DNA of 64,000 nt from a virus (taxonomy: Duplodnaviria > Caudoviricetes): the IMG/VR virus record IMGVR_UViG_3300035703_002708, one strand, 5' to 3'. The translations under genes and the position numbers were made by a program. The notes beneath the pieces were generated by a model. It saw only the letters and a program-made list of their open reading frames with translations. It did no database searches and had not been told where the DNA came from. Below are positions 27,214 through 37,900 of this stretch, one piece after another; the stretch's first letter is position 1, and each line of letters begins with the position of its first letter.

Positions 27214-29970
27214 ATGATGCAAGCGGCTGGCGATGACCCAAAGGATAAAAAAACAGTAACCGAGAGTGATTTGTTAGCTTATGCTAAGTCCAAACTCGAA
27301 AAAACTGAGGAATCATTCGAGACAGTTTTGTCAAGATTTGATAAAGCGGCAGATACTGTAGATGAAATATATGATTCTACAATAAAATTAAACAAACAAT
27401 TAGCAGGTTCTGGAAGATACGTTGAACAGATAGGTAAAAATTTCGTAGATGCTGCAAATGAAATTTTACCATTCACAGAAGGGGTCGAAACATTAGAAAA
27501 AGCAATTGCTTTCGCCGCCGAGAGAGCGGGCGAAGTACAAGAGGCCACAAACAGGGCTTATATTGCGACTTCACAAGAAATAAAAGGAATTGTTGCCGCT
27601 CAACAAGCATCAGGAGTCGAGTCAGCAACACTAGTAAAAAACTTCAAGGAATCAGGATATGCATTAAGTCAGATACCTAAGACTATGCAAAAAGTTATTG
27701 ATACCACAAGAGCACTTGGTGTCAATACAGAAAAAACCACAAAAGATGTTGTTACAAACATAGGTAAACTTAATACTTTCAACTTTTCGAACGGTGTAGA
27801 AGGACTAACAAGAATGGCTGCTCAAGCGGGTATTCTCGGAATTAAAATGGAATCAGTTTTTCAAAAAGCGGAAGAATTGTTTGACCCTGAAAGAGCGGTT
27901 GAGATGGCCGCGTCTTTACAAAGATTGGGTGTAGCAACAGGAGATTTGATTGACCCGTTGAAACTTATGGATTTAGGACAAAACAATCCACAAGAACTAC
28001 AAAATCAAATTGCTGAAATGTCCAAAAGATTTACCTATTTCAATGAACAAAATCAAAAATTTGAAATTTTACCTGGTGCTAAAAGAGAACTAAGGGAAAT
28101 TGCAAAAGAAGTTGGTTTGAATGCGGATGAGTTAGCAAAAATGGCTCTCACAAGTTCGGATATGGCAAAGAAAATGAGTGAAATTAGATTCCCAACTTTA
28201 GAAATGCCAATAACTGAGGACCAAAAAAGTTTGATTGCCAATATGGCAGAAATGAGAGATGGTGAGTATAAAATCCAAGTAAAAGAAACAGTAGTTGACA
28301 AAGAAACAGGTGAAAGAAGATTTACAGGTAAAGTTGAAGAAAAGGCGGTCAAGGAACTCACATCAGAGGACTTCAAAAGTTTAATGAAACAACAAGAGGA
28401 AGGTTCCAAATCTTTGGAAGATATTGCTCGAGAAAACCTAACTTACTCACAGAGAACCGCAAACGCAACCGAAAAAGCGGTTTCTGCATTCAGAGGTGGC
28501 ACCGCAACCCAAAAGTTGATGAACAAAAGTTTAGAATCCATAAATAAGTCCACTGATAAATTCAATACTTCGATGTCACAGTTGTTTTCTTCAGAACAAA
28601 TTAGGGACTTTGACAATGAAACTGTCGATATGTTCAAGGCCATAGCAAGCAAATTTACTGAGGCACAAATGGACGGTTCAATTGACAAAAATGAGGTTGA
28701 ACAAATGAAGGCTTTGGTGTTAGAGGGTGAAAAGAAATTCAAAGAAACATTTGGTAAGAGTAATGATGTATTCAAGAATATGTTAGAGGTTTTGAAAAAT
28801 TCACCTGCTGATTTAGCTGAAGCCATAGATGCGGCAACAAAAGGAGGTACAACTCAAACAGAAAAAGAAAAAAATAAAAACCCTTACGAAGTCGAAGGTC
28901 AAAATTTGATGCAGAGTATATATAATGCCACACAAAAAGGGATAGACCAAAGTAAAGTTCAACCTACAACACAAACTCCTAATGTTACTAATCAAACAAA
29001 TACCACAACACAAAATACAACTAACCAAACAACAAATCAGAGTAACACAACAAATCTTAATACAACGAATTTCTATGAGCAAATTTTCAATCAAATAACT
29101 CAGACTTTACCTACCGCACTACAAGGAGTTAAATTACCTGACATGAGTTTGAATTTGGACCCACTTAAATCCGTTCAAGAAGGTCAAATGAAAGTTGCGG
29201 AACAATCATTAACTGAATTACAAAAAATCAATACTAATTTACAGTCCGATAATCAAACTTTAATAAGCGCCATAAATAAAACCACCCCTGTTACTACCAC
29301 ACCTACCACCGCAACTAATATATCTAATTCAACAACCAAAAATGATAATTCAATTATCAATAATTCGCAGATTACAAATAACGATAACAAACAAAATATA
29401 GTTAATAACGATAACAAACAATTTACAACTAATGCGGAACCAACTGATAAGTTTGGAGGAGATTTGACTAGAGAGTTACAAAATATTTCTGGAGAATTTG
29501 GTAAATTTTATACAAAAATGACAACTGATTTCGAACCTAAAACGTATGAGGGATACGATAGACAAATCCAAGACCTATTTACAGGTTTGAAAAACAATAT
29601 TAATTCGACACCAACTCCAAATATGGGAATGGCTAGCAATATCCAAACAATGTTACCCCCTGAAGAAAAATTTGAACTTAAATTACCGAAAATACAAGTA
29701 CCTGAATTGTCAATGAATGTTAATAGTATGACAAATATGCCAAATAGACTCAGTGAAATGGTGAATACCCCAACAAACAATAATGTAAACTATAGCGGCA
29801 CGTTAAAAATACAAGTAGATGTAAACGCACCTGACGGGGTTAATAAAAAAATGTTGGACGAAGCGTTACAGAAATCATTTCATGCTGATAATCTAAGAAA
29901 AAATATAGAAGAAAATGTGTTTGGTGGCGGAATAGGAAAGTACAACTCAACAGCTACCCTACAAGGGTAA
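27214..29970 (+). CDS. Tail tape measure protein
   Basis: Long Ala/Glu/Lys/Gln-rich helical N-terminal two thirds, low-complexity N/T/Q C-terminus; position after tube and chaperones. Confidence 0.75.
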   Translation: MMQAAGDDPKDKKTVTESDLLAYAKSKLEKTEESFETVLSRFDKAADTVDEIYDSTIKLNKQLAGSGRYVEQIGKNFVDAANEILPFTEGVETLEKAIAFAAERAGEVQEATNRAYIATSQEIKGIVAAQQASGVESATLVKNFKESGYALSQIPKTMQKVIDTTRALGVNTEKTTKDVVTNIGKLNTFNFSNGVEGLTRMAAQAGILGIKMESVFQKAEELFDPERAVEMAASLQRLGVATGDLIDPLKLMDLGQNNPQELQNQIAEMSKRFTYFNEQNQKFEILPGAKRELREIAKEVGLNADELAKMALTSSDMAKKMSEIRFPTLEMPITEDQKSLIANMAEMRDGEYKIQVKETVVDKETGERRFTGKVEEKAVKELTSEDFKSLMKQQEEGSKSLEDIARENLTYSQRTANATEKAVSAFRGGTATQKLMNKSLESINKSTDKFNTSMSQLFSSEQIRDFDNETVDMFKAIASKFTEAQMDGSIDKNEVEQMKALVLEGEKKFKETFGKSNDVFKNMLEVLKNSPADLAEAIDAATKGGTTQTEKEKNKNPYEVEGQNLMQSIYNATQKGIDQSKVQPTTQTPNVTNQTNTTTQNTTNQTTNQSNTTNLNTTNFYEQIFNQITQTLPTALQGVKLPDMSLNLDPLKSVQEGQMKVAEQSLTELQKINTNLQSDNQTLISAINKTTPVTTTPTTATNISNSTTKNDNSIINNSQITNNDNKQNIVNNDNKQFTTNAEPTDKFGGDLTRELQNISGEFGKFYTKMTTDFEPKTYEGYDRQIQDLFTGLKNNINSTPTPNMGMASNIQTMLPPEEKFELKLPKIQVPELSMNVNSMTNMPNRLSEMVNTPTNNNVNYSGTLKIQVDVNAPDGVNKKMLDEALQKSFHADNLRKNIEENVFGGGIGKYNSTATLQG

Positions 29971-30011
29971 AATATTTTCAAGTTTTATCTATTTATTATT
30001 AAAAAAGTTGA

Positions 30012-33000
30012 ATGGCAACACCATCTACATTACAACAAGCACAACAAGCAGGACCAAAGTCACAGTCACAAACTGAGGGTAGTTTTTTATCATACGAATC
30101 CTCACAAGTCTTCAGAGAAGAATTGATTATAAAAAATTTGGTCCCTTATAATATTGCGGGTATAAACTCAGAACCGCAAGGGACTGTAATATATCAACAA
30201 AGCCCACCTGACTTAGCAGCAACAGAACAATTATTTTCCATAGATGGATTAGGGTTAACGCCTGTTATTAGAAATGAAAACCCTGACCAATTAATTGTCC
30301 CCTCGACATATCTTGCCTACAACGTATTAACTAGTCCTAATCCTGTGGGTGATAAAGGACCATTATCTAACGATTCTTATTTGGCAAAAATAGGTGCCCA
30401 AGTTCTGAAAAAATCCCTATTAGAAACAAATGCTTTTTATATAAATCAAACAATATCTAGTGAAAATTCAATAAGTTTTAAAATAACAACACCTGATGTT
30501 AATGATACTTTTGAAAGTAAACTTTCAGGAGCTTATTTTCCCGCCTCACCAATTCCTGGTGATTACTTTTTAGATGGGTTAAATAAACGTAATACAGATA
30601 CTTTAGGTGAGGCAATAAATTTAGCCGCAGGAAGGAGTACTAGGTTAGGAGGTATATTCAGTGGTTCTTTAACTAGAGCAATCACTCCTTCACAAATCTT
30701 TTTGGAAAACACAAATGAAGGTCAAAAAAGTTTGATGTTTGCTAATTTGTCCTACAATATTTATCGTCCTGCTTATGCTAATTCTGCTTTAGGAGGTATT
30801 GCGGGTAACTTGTTAACAACTGGTATCAATAACTTATTAGATAATTTCGGTTTACAATTACCCGGTGCATATTATGTTGGTTCATCAGTTTCTGAACCAA
30901 GTTTTGCAAATAGTCCAATTAATCAAGTACCAATTGATGTTTATGGAAGAGATACTCAGGCCTTAGTTTTAGGTCCCGATGTATTAGGTAAAGATTATGA
31001 AGGAAATGAGAGTAGTATCAATTTCGGATTAAAATCAAACGCATTAATTGACCAAGGGAATTTGGAGGGGGACTTAATTTGGGTTTCACCAAAATACAAA
31101 GCAGGTAATTCATCCTTTTATTCGACTAATATTGATTTCAAACCTGGTTCGATTTTAGATGATACACAAAGATTAATAGACGCTGCTGATAGGTTACAAG
31201 GTGATGCTCGATTAAAACATGTTGGTAATGCTATCAATCAAGTAAGTAGGACTTTTAATGATGGATATAGAAATATCACAAAAGGGTCACAAGTTAGAGA
31301 AGTAAAATATTTGAACGGTAAAGCGGAAGTTGGAACTGAATATTGTAGAATATTTACGAAAGATGCTCCATATGCAACATATAATAGGTTACAAAAATCT
31401 GATGGTATTACAAAATTTGGGAGAAAATTCTCATATTCGGTTTTGGATAATGCTTATAATTTAAATATATATCCAACTAAAAAAACTGGTTCAGAAGACC
31501 CATCATGGTTAAGTGAAGGTAGAGTAAAAAAGTATATGTTTTCTATTGAAAACTTGGCTTGGAAGGACTCAAAAAAACCAGGGTTCAATGTCCAAGATTT
31601 ACCACCATGCGAGCAAGGACCAAATGGAGGTAGAATTATGTGGTTCCCGCCCTATGATTTAAAATTTAATGATAATTCAAGTGCTGATTGGCAACAAACA
31701 ACATTTTTAGGTAGACCCGAACCTGTTTATACTTATAGAAACACATCTAGAAACGGAACCTTGAGTTGGAAAATTGTTGTCGACCACCCATCCGTATTAA
31801 ATTTAATAGTTGATAAGATATTGACTAATGAAATCGATTCAAATGCCGATAAGGTATTAGACTCATTCTTTGCGGGTTGCCAAACTTATGATTTATATGA
31901 GTTTGCTAGTAGATTCAATAAAGTTGGTTTAAATGATTTACAATATATTCAAGAAGTAATATCAAATGCTACCCCTGATGAAATAACTAACATTGTCGAC
32001 AGTATACCAACGGACAAAACTCAGACAACGACAGCCGAAAAAGTAGATTATATAACTGAGACGATACAACCAGAACCATTTCCAAAAGACAAGTTCATAG
32101 GTATTGGTTATTATTTTAATAACGATATACCTAAACCAACAGAAACAGACCCCTCAAGTTATCAGTCATACTATGATAGTTATTACTCTCAGAAACAAAC
32201 ATTCGTTAACACAACAATTGATGATAAAGAAGCGGTAGGAAGATTTTTTGATGAAATTATAAAATATAACTATGATAAAACAATATCAGGAATTGCAGAC
32301 CCAGGTTTGATTTTTACAATTTATGATTTTTTTGAGAGAAAACAGATTAAAAGTTTAACAATCAACTTAAAAGGATGTGCATCTGCAAGTGCATCAGTAG
32401 ATTATAATAACAAATTGGCACTCAGAAGAATAAAATCAGTAAAAAAATTCTTGGAGAGTCATCAGATATCAAGTGGGGATACTACAATATCCTTGTCGAA
32501 ATATAGTAGTCAGATAAAAATAAACGATACTGTGTTGGGCGAAACCGCGACTGATGTCTCACCAGTTGGTAATTCTTCTTTTAGAACTGTCGCCGCGTGT
32601 ACGACTAATCCTGTAATCAATGGACAAACAATAACTGGAAACAAGTCAATTTATCTATTACCGTCGATGTCTTGTCGGAGCGTTTTTATTTCTGATATAG
32701 TAACAGAACCTGGTGACCCACAAACAAAACAAACGGAAGTTAAAACTTTAGTCACAACAACAACACCTGTTACCGAGCCTAAAAAAACTATAACACCGGG
32801 TAAAGAACCTCAAGTGAGTGAACCTGTTTTTGAAACTATCAGACAACAAGGGTTAAGTAAAAAAGTTTTAAGATTACTTTTAACCGAATGTAATTATTTT
32901 CAAGCCTTGAAAGAAACAAATCCCTTCTTATATAGAAGTTTGAAAGAAAAATTAAAATTTTTCGAACCAACATTCCATTCAACAACTCCTGAAGGATTAA

Positions 33001-34631
33001 ACTCGAGAATTACTTTCTTAAATCAATGTTTAAGACCTGGAGACACAATACCAACAATTGGTACTGATGGTAGACCTATATATAATGATGCCGTGAACAC
33101 CGCTTTCGGTAGACCACCTGTTTTGGTTTTGAGAATAGGTGATTTCTATAATACTAAAATAATTCCGAAAAATTTGCAATTCACTTATGAACCTTTAGTG
33201 TTAGATATGAATAGAGAAGGGATAGGTGTCCAACCAATGATTGTAGGTGTGACCTTGGCTTTTGATATGATAGGTGGAATGGGACTTGCAAGACCTGTTG
33301 AGGATTTACAAAATGCACTATCATTCAATTACTATGCTAACACAGAAATATATGATGAAAGGTCAGTTGCTACTGAAGATGTGAGTCAATTGGATGCGAT
33401 AGTTGAGAAAGGATTATTGGAAAGTAATAATGAAGTTCCCCCACCTGTACCTCAAAACAAAATAGAAAACCCTGGTGGTAGCGCAATTGGAAAAATTTTA
33501 TCAACAACAAACGATGGTGACTTCTTTGCGGGTACCATAAGTTATAGAACCATAATGAAGGAATTTATAAATGAATTAGAAATATATTTTAAATTAATTC
33601 CAAACACATCTGATTCGGTATCTAAAAATTATAATTTTTATGTGTGGCAATATGCAGATAAAGAAAGAATATATACTGATGGTGATATGCCAACGACAGG
33701 GTTAACCCAAATTTATGGAAAAGCCAAAAATGTTAATCAGGTGTTTGAAGAAAGATTCGCTCGTGTGATTGAACAAATAAATGCAGGAAACAACCCATTA
33801 GTAAGTGGATTCACATCATTGAATTTTCCATCAACAGTTGTTAATCAATTAAAATTAAAAATGGTTGATTACATAAACCAAGTAATAAAACCTGACTTTA
33901 TTGCCGGTGTGAATCAACAATTATCACAAATAAATTCTCAGGAACAAAAAATAATTGATTTTGTAGATAAAATGAATTTGGTTTTTGATGGGTATGACGG
34001 ATATGTAAATCAGGAAGGAACACCAGTTCCATACCAACTAACAGGTAATTCATTGAATGACATTAGAAACGATTTGAATAGTATATCCCAAGATATGTTT
34101 TTTTACACAGAAGAATTGGCAAAAAACAAAATTAGTAGAGATTTGTCTGAAGAATTTTTATTAGTTGAAAATGAAAATATACCAATAGATGAACAAGATT
34201 TTTTTATGATTATGTGTCAAACATTCATTGATAAAAACAAATTACAAGAGTATAGTGATTTCATTTTCCCTTCTAATACAATTGCCGGTGTGAATTTTGA
34301 AAATCCAAGAAAGCCAAAAAAACATCTGAATGATTTATTGGGGTTAGATTTTTGGGATAGTTTTAATTTGATTTATGGAAAAAGTTTTTACGATAGGTAT
34401 ACTCAGGCTAAAAACAAATTAGATAAAATACCTACTAATTTCTTGGGTGGTGCTGATATACCTAGAAAATATAAAAATTACGGTAATTTTAAACTTAGTA
34501 GTATTACTAATGAAAGAATTGTGAACTTCACAACAAACGTTCCAAACGCTGAAGAAGTAAAAAACAGGTTATTGGATTTATATAAGTCAGTCCCTTCCGA
34601 GGGAAATAAATTCAACGGTAAAATATTATAA
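30012..34631 (+). CDS. Large baseplate/tube-initiator protein (gp48/gp54-like segments) with an inserted OmpA-like domain
   Basis: YMFSIENLAW, GGRIMWFPPYDL.F, FLGRPEPVYTY.NT.R.G.LSWKI, GRPPVLVLRIGDFYNTKII (tube-like fold segments); INLKGCAS...YNNKLALRRIKSVKKFL (OmpA-like). Confidence 0.6.
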   Translation: MATPSTLQQAQQAGPKSQSQTEGSFLSYESSQVFREELIIKNLVPYNIAGINSEPQGTVIYQQSPPDLAATEQLFSIDGLGLTPVIRNENPDQLIVPSTYLAYNVLTSPNPVGDKGPLSNDSYLAKIGAQVLKKSLLETNAFYINQTISSENSISFKITTPDVNDTFESKLSGAYFPASPIPGDYFLDGLNKRNTDTLGEAINLAAGRSTRLGGIFSGSLTRAITPSQIFLENTNEGQKSLMFANLSYNIYRPAYANSALGGIAGNLLTTGINNLLDNFGLQLPGAYYVGSSVSEPSFANSPINQVPIDVYGRDTQALVLGPDVLGKDYEGNESSINFGLKSNALIDQGNLEGDLIWVSPKYKAGNSSFYSTNIDFKPGSILDDTQRLIDAADRLQGDARLKHVGNAINQVSRTFNDGYRNITKGSQVREVKYLNGKAEVGTEYCRIFTKDAPYATYNRLQKSDGITKFGRKFSYSVLDNAYNLNIYPTKKTGSEDPSWLSEGRVKKYMFSIENLAWKDSKKPGFNVQDLPPCEQGPNGGRIMWFPPYDLKFNDNSSADWQQTTFLGRPEPVYTYRNTSRNGTLSWKIVVDHPSVLNLIVDKILTNEIDSNADKVLDSFFAGCQTYDLYEFASRFNKVGLNDLQYIQEVISNATPDEITNIVDSIPTDKTQTTTAEKVDYITETIQPEPFPKDKFIGIGYYFNNDIPKPTETDPSSYQSYYDSYYSQKQTFVNTTIDDKEAVGRFFDEIIKYNYDKTISGIADPGLIFTIYDFFERKQIKSLTINLKGCASASASVDYNNKLALRRIKSVKKFLESHQISSGDTTISLSKYSSQIKINDTVLGETATDVSPVGNSSFRTVAACTTNPVINGQTITGNKSIYLLPSMSCRSVFISDIVTEPGDPQTKQTEVKTLVTTTTPVTEPKKTITPGKEPQVSEPVFETIRQQGLSKKVLRLLLTECNYFQALKETNPFLYRSLKEKLKFFEPTFHSTTPEGLNSRITFLNQCLRPGDTIPTIGTDGRPIYNDAVNTAFGRPPVLVLRIGDFYNTKIIPKNLQFTYEPLVLDMNREGIGVQPMIVGVTLAFDMIGGMGLARPVEDLQNALSFNYYANTEIYDERSVATEDVSQLDAIVEKGLLESNNEVPPPVPQNKIENPGGSAIGKILSTTNDGDFFAGTISYRTIMKEFINELEIYFKLIPNTSDSVSKNYNFYVWQYADKERIYTDGDMPTTGLTQIYGKAKNVNQVFEERFARVIEQINAGNNPLVSGFTSLNFPSTVVNQLKLKMVDYINQVIKPDFIAGVNQQLSQINSQEQKIIDFVDKMNLVFDGYDGYVNQEGTPVPYQLTGNSLNDIRNDLNSISQDMFFYTEELAKNKISRDLSEEFLLVENENIPIDEQDFFMIMCQTFIDKNKLQEYSDFIFPSNTIAGVNFENPRKPKKHLNDLLGLDFWDSFNLIYGKSFYDRYTQAKNKLDKIPTNFLGGADIPRKYKNYGNFKLSSITNERIVNFTTNVPNAEEVKNRLLDLYKSVPSEGNKFNGKIL

Positions 34632-34632
34632 T

Positions 34633-34956
34633 ATGGCTTTACAATATTACAATAGATATCAAAATTTCTTGGTGAATGGCACTCAAACTGTTGTACCGTT
34701 TGTGAAATTACCAACCAAAACGACTGATAAGAAATATGTTTATAAAACAAATATGTCAAGAATGGACAAAATATCTCAGCAGTTTTATGATAGTCCATTT
34801 TTCGGTTGGTTAATAATGGCGGCAAACCCTGAATTCGGTGGAAATGAATTTATAATACCTGATGGTACAGTATTAACAATACCATTCCCTTTATTATCTT
34901 CTTTACAGGACTATAATAATACATTAGAAACACATTTTTATTATTATGGCAGATAA
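34633..34956 (+). CDS. LysM-like baseplate protein (T4 gp53/P2 gpX-like)
   Basis: RMDKISQQFYDSPFFGWLIMAANP...IPDGTVLTIP. Confidence 0.75.
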   Translation: MALQYYNRYQNFLVNGTQTVVPFVKLPTKTTDKKYVYKTNMSRMDKISQQFYDSPFFGWLIMAANPEFGGNEFIIPDGTVLTIPFPLLSSLQDYNNTLETHFYYYGR

Positions 34957-37900
34957 TTCAGAAAACATTTTTGTTGAGTTCGACTATCAAAATATTATAA
35001 TCGTAGACCCCAACAAAATAGTTGACCAAGATGGTAAGGCTAAGGAACGATTAGTCAAACATGAAGAGTTGGTAATGTATGCAAATTTGGAGTGTTCATT
35101 AGTACCAAGAACTAAATTGAGACTGGGTATCCAACAAAGCGAAGTACAAACAGTTTCTCTTGCAAAAATAAATTTTCTTAAGCCAGGTGATAAAAAATAC
35201 CTCGATAATACATATACCGAACTATTCACTGGCACCAATGACAAAAATAAAGAAAAACAACCACAAACATTTCGTTTTTACGAACCACAATCAGACAAAA
35301 TAGACAGTGGACTTATTGAATCCTCATTATTGGGTATTACAAATATAAATTTTAATATTACTACCGCATTTTTACCGAAAATAACGATAACTATGCAAGA
35401 CGTGAGAGGTAGAGCTCTTTTTGAGTTAGGTAATAATTCACCTTACGCTGCCTTTTTTAACTTACCGTATCCCTCATTTTTCCTGACATTGAAAGGTTAT
35501 TATGGTAAAGCAGTGAGATATCAATTGATGTTACAAAACTTTAACGCCAGATTCGATAATAGTAGTGGTAATTTTGAGATTACCTGTACTTTTTTAACAT
35601 ATAAATTCAATGTTTTATCTGACGTATCTATGGGATATCTTTTAGCGACCCCATATATGTACCAAACAACCGTTTTACAAAAAACAAATTCATCGAATCC
35701 GAATAACACCAACGTTACGGCAACCCCAAAAAGTTATACTTTAGGATTTCAAAAAATAAGAGAAATGTTTAATGAGTACAAATCCAAAGGGATTGTTGCC
35801 GATGATTTACCGGAATTGACAGTGACACAATTACAAAAAAAATTAGATAGTTTTATAAAAGAAACACTAATGCCTTGGGGTCAAGTAAATATGGAACCAT
35901 TAACCAATATAGAAACTTATTCCAAAACATTGAACCAAATGAAAGGTGAGGTGGTTTTGATTGAAGATTCATGGGTTAAGAAAAATTTAGATTTAAAAAA
36001 TCCAATCTTATTAAAAAATGCAACAAAAGTTTATCTGTTAAAAGACCCCATAAGACAAAATAAGACATTAGAGACACAAGTGAGGGTTGATTTGGCTAAC
36101 ATTTTTAATAAATACAACACTTCCTTGAATGATAATCCTACGTTGGGAGCCAACGGTACTTACACTATAGGTAATACTTCTGAAAAATCCGCAATAAATA
36201 ACTCGGTAAATTTTGTACCCTCACCACAAAATCCTGGGAAACTACCCACTTGGATAAACTTCAATGTACAGTCTAGCGACATTGACTTCGAAAAAACATA
36301 TTCGGTAGTTACTAATAAGAATCCGCAGGCCGCAGAGAATAAATTGGATTTCGAAAAATTTCAGGCCGACCTACAATTGAAGATTTCACTTTCTCAACCA
36401 ACAACACCTGGATTAAATGAACCGCCACAATACGATAAATTTTACGCCTACGAAAATGTTGGCACTTTTTTAAGTTTGGTTTCACAAATGGAAAAGTCGG
36501 TATCAATTAAAAAAGAGGAAATATTAAAAAAACTTGGGGATGAGTTAAATAATGTTATAAAAAATGGTTCACAAAATAAAAGTGGTTTAGGGTTTATACC
36601 AACAATAAGGAATGTATTGGCTATTTTATTTGCTAATGGAGAGGCTTTTTTGAGACTTATGGATGATTGTCATAGAGAGGCTTGGAACAAGAGAGACAGT
36701 GATGTTAGAAAAAAGGCGATATTAGGTAAAACATCCTCTGATTCGGCAAATGATTTTGTATATCCTTGGCCACAACTAATAGTTGAGAAGGAAAAAGATG
36801 GTGTAAAAAAATATGAAGTGACATATCCTGGTGACGTTAATGTGTTATCACAAACTGAAGGATATCTTTTCGACGAATGGCCAGAGATAGAGTTTGTTGA
36901 GGAATTGCTAGGAGGATTGATGAAAAGAAACCCAACAGATTCAGGATTTTCTTCTGAAGGTGAAAATTCAAATACGGTCAGTAGAATATCGTTGAATGCA
37001 ATCGAGTTTCCTATATCAAATGTTGTTTACCAAAACAAGGAAGAGGTTAAGTTTTTCTACGAGTTTTGGGAGAGAATGGGGTCTGTTTCGAATTTTTCTA
37101 GATTGAGTAGGGGAGATTCGTTAAATTATCAAATGGACGAAATTATAAGTCAAACTGAGTCAACTAATATGTTACAAGCGTTGGGTACTGAAAATGTTTT
37201 TTTAATAAAAAATTTAAAAGAATATGATATTTCACCAACAACTATTATCCCAATATTAGCAACTATATCTAACAGTGGTGAAGGTGAATCTTATCAAAGA
37301 TTTGTACGAGGGCTTTATTCAACAACATATATAACTAACTATACAAAAAATGACTATAAAATTTTTGACAATCCTATTTTCACAAAACTAAATTCTGCTG
37401 GTCAAACAGACATTAAGATTGAAAAAGAGGCCGATTTGTCAAAATATATAGAATCCACAACTGCCGAAAAATTCGATTTGTTGGATACGTATCCTATGAC
37501 AAATAATAATTGGGTCAAGTCATATATGTCAGATGGGGTAAATTCATCGGATGTTGTAAATCAAACTAAGAATGTTATAAAATTTAATAATGCGATAAAT
37601 AGTATTGCAAATTTTAACACAGATGATGGTACACCGCTCACTAAAAGACCAATAACTTACTTTAATTATCTCAATAATACCCCGATTTATACATTTGACA
37701 ATCCACCCATAAATTCCGACATATTAAAGAATTTCTACAAAAGTAGAACTGACCAAACTTTCATTTCCAAATCCTCTCAATTACCAACAGAGGGGACTAT
37801 ATCATATCAAAATTACAGTGGTGGAGTCCAAAGCGAACAGACAACTTCAATACTCAATACCCCTTATTTTATAAATGCCATACAAAAAGGTGTTTATAAT

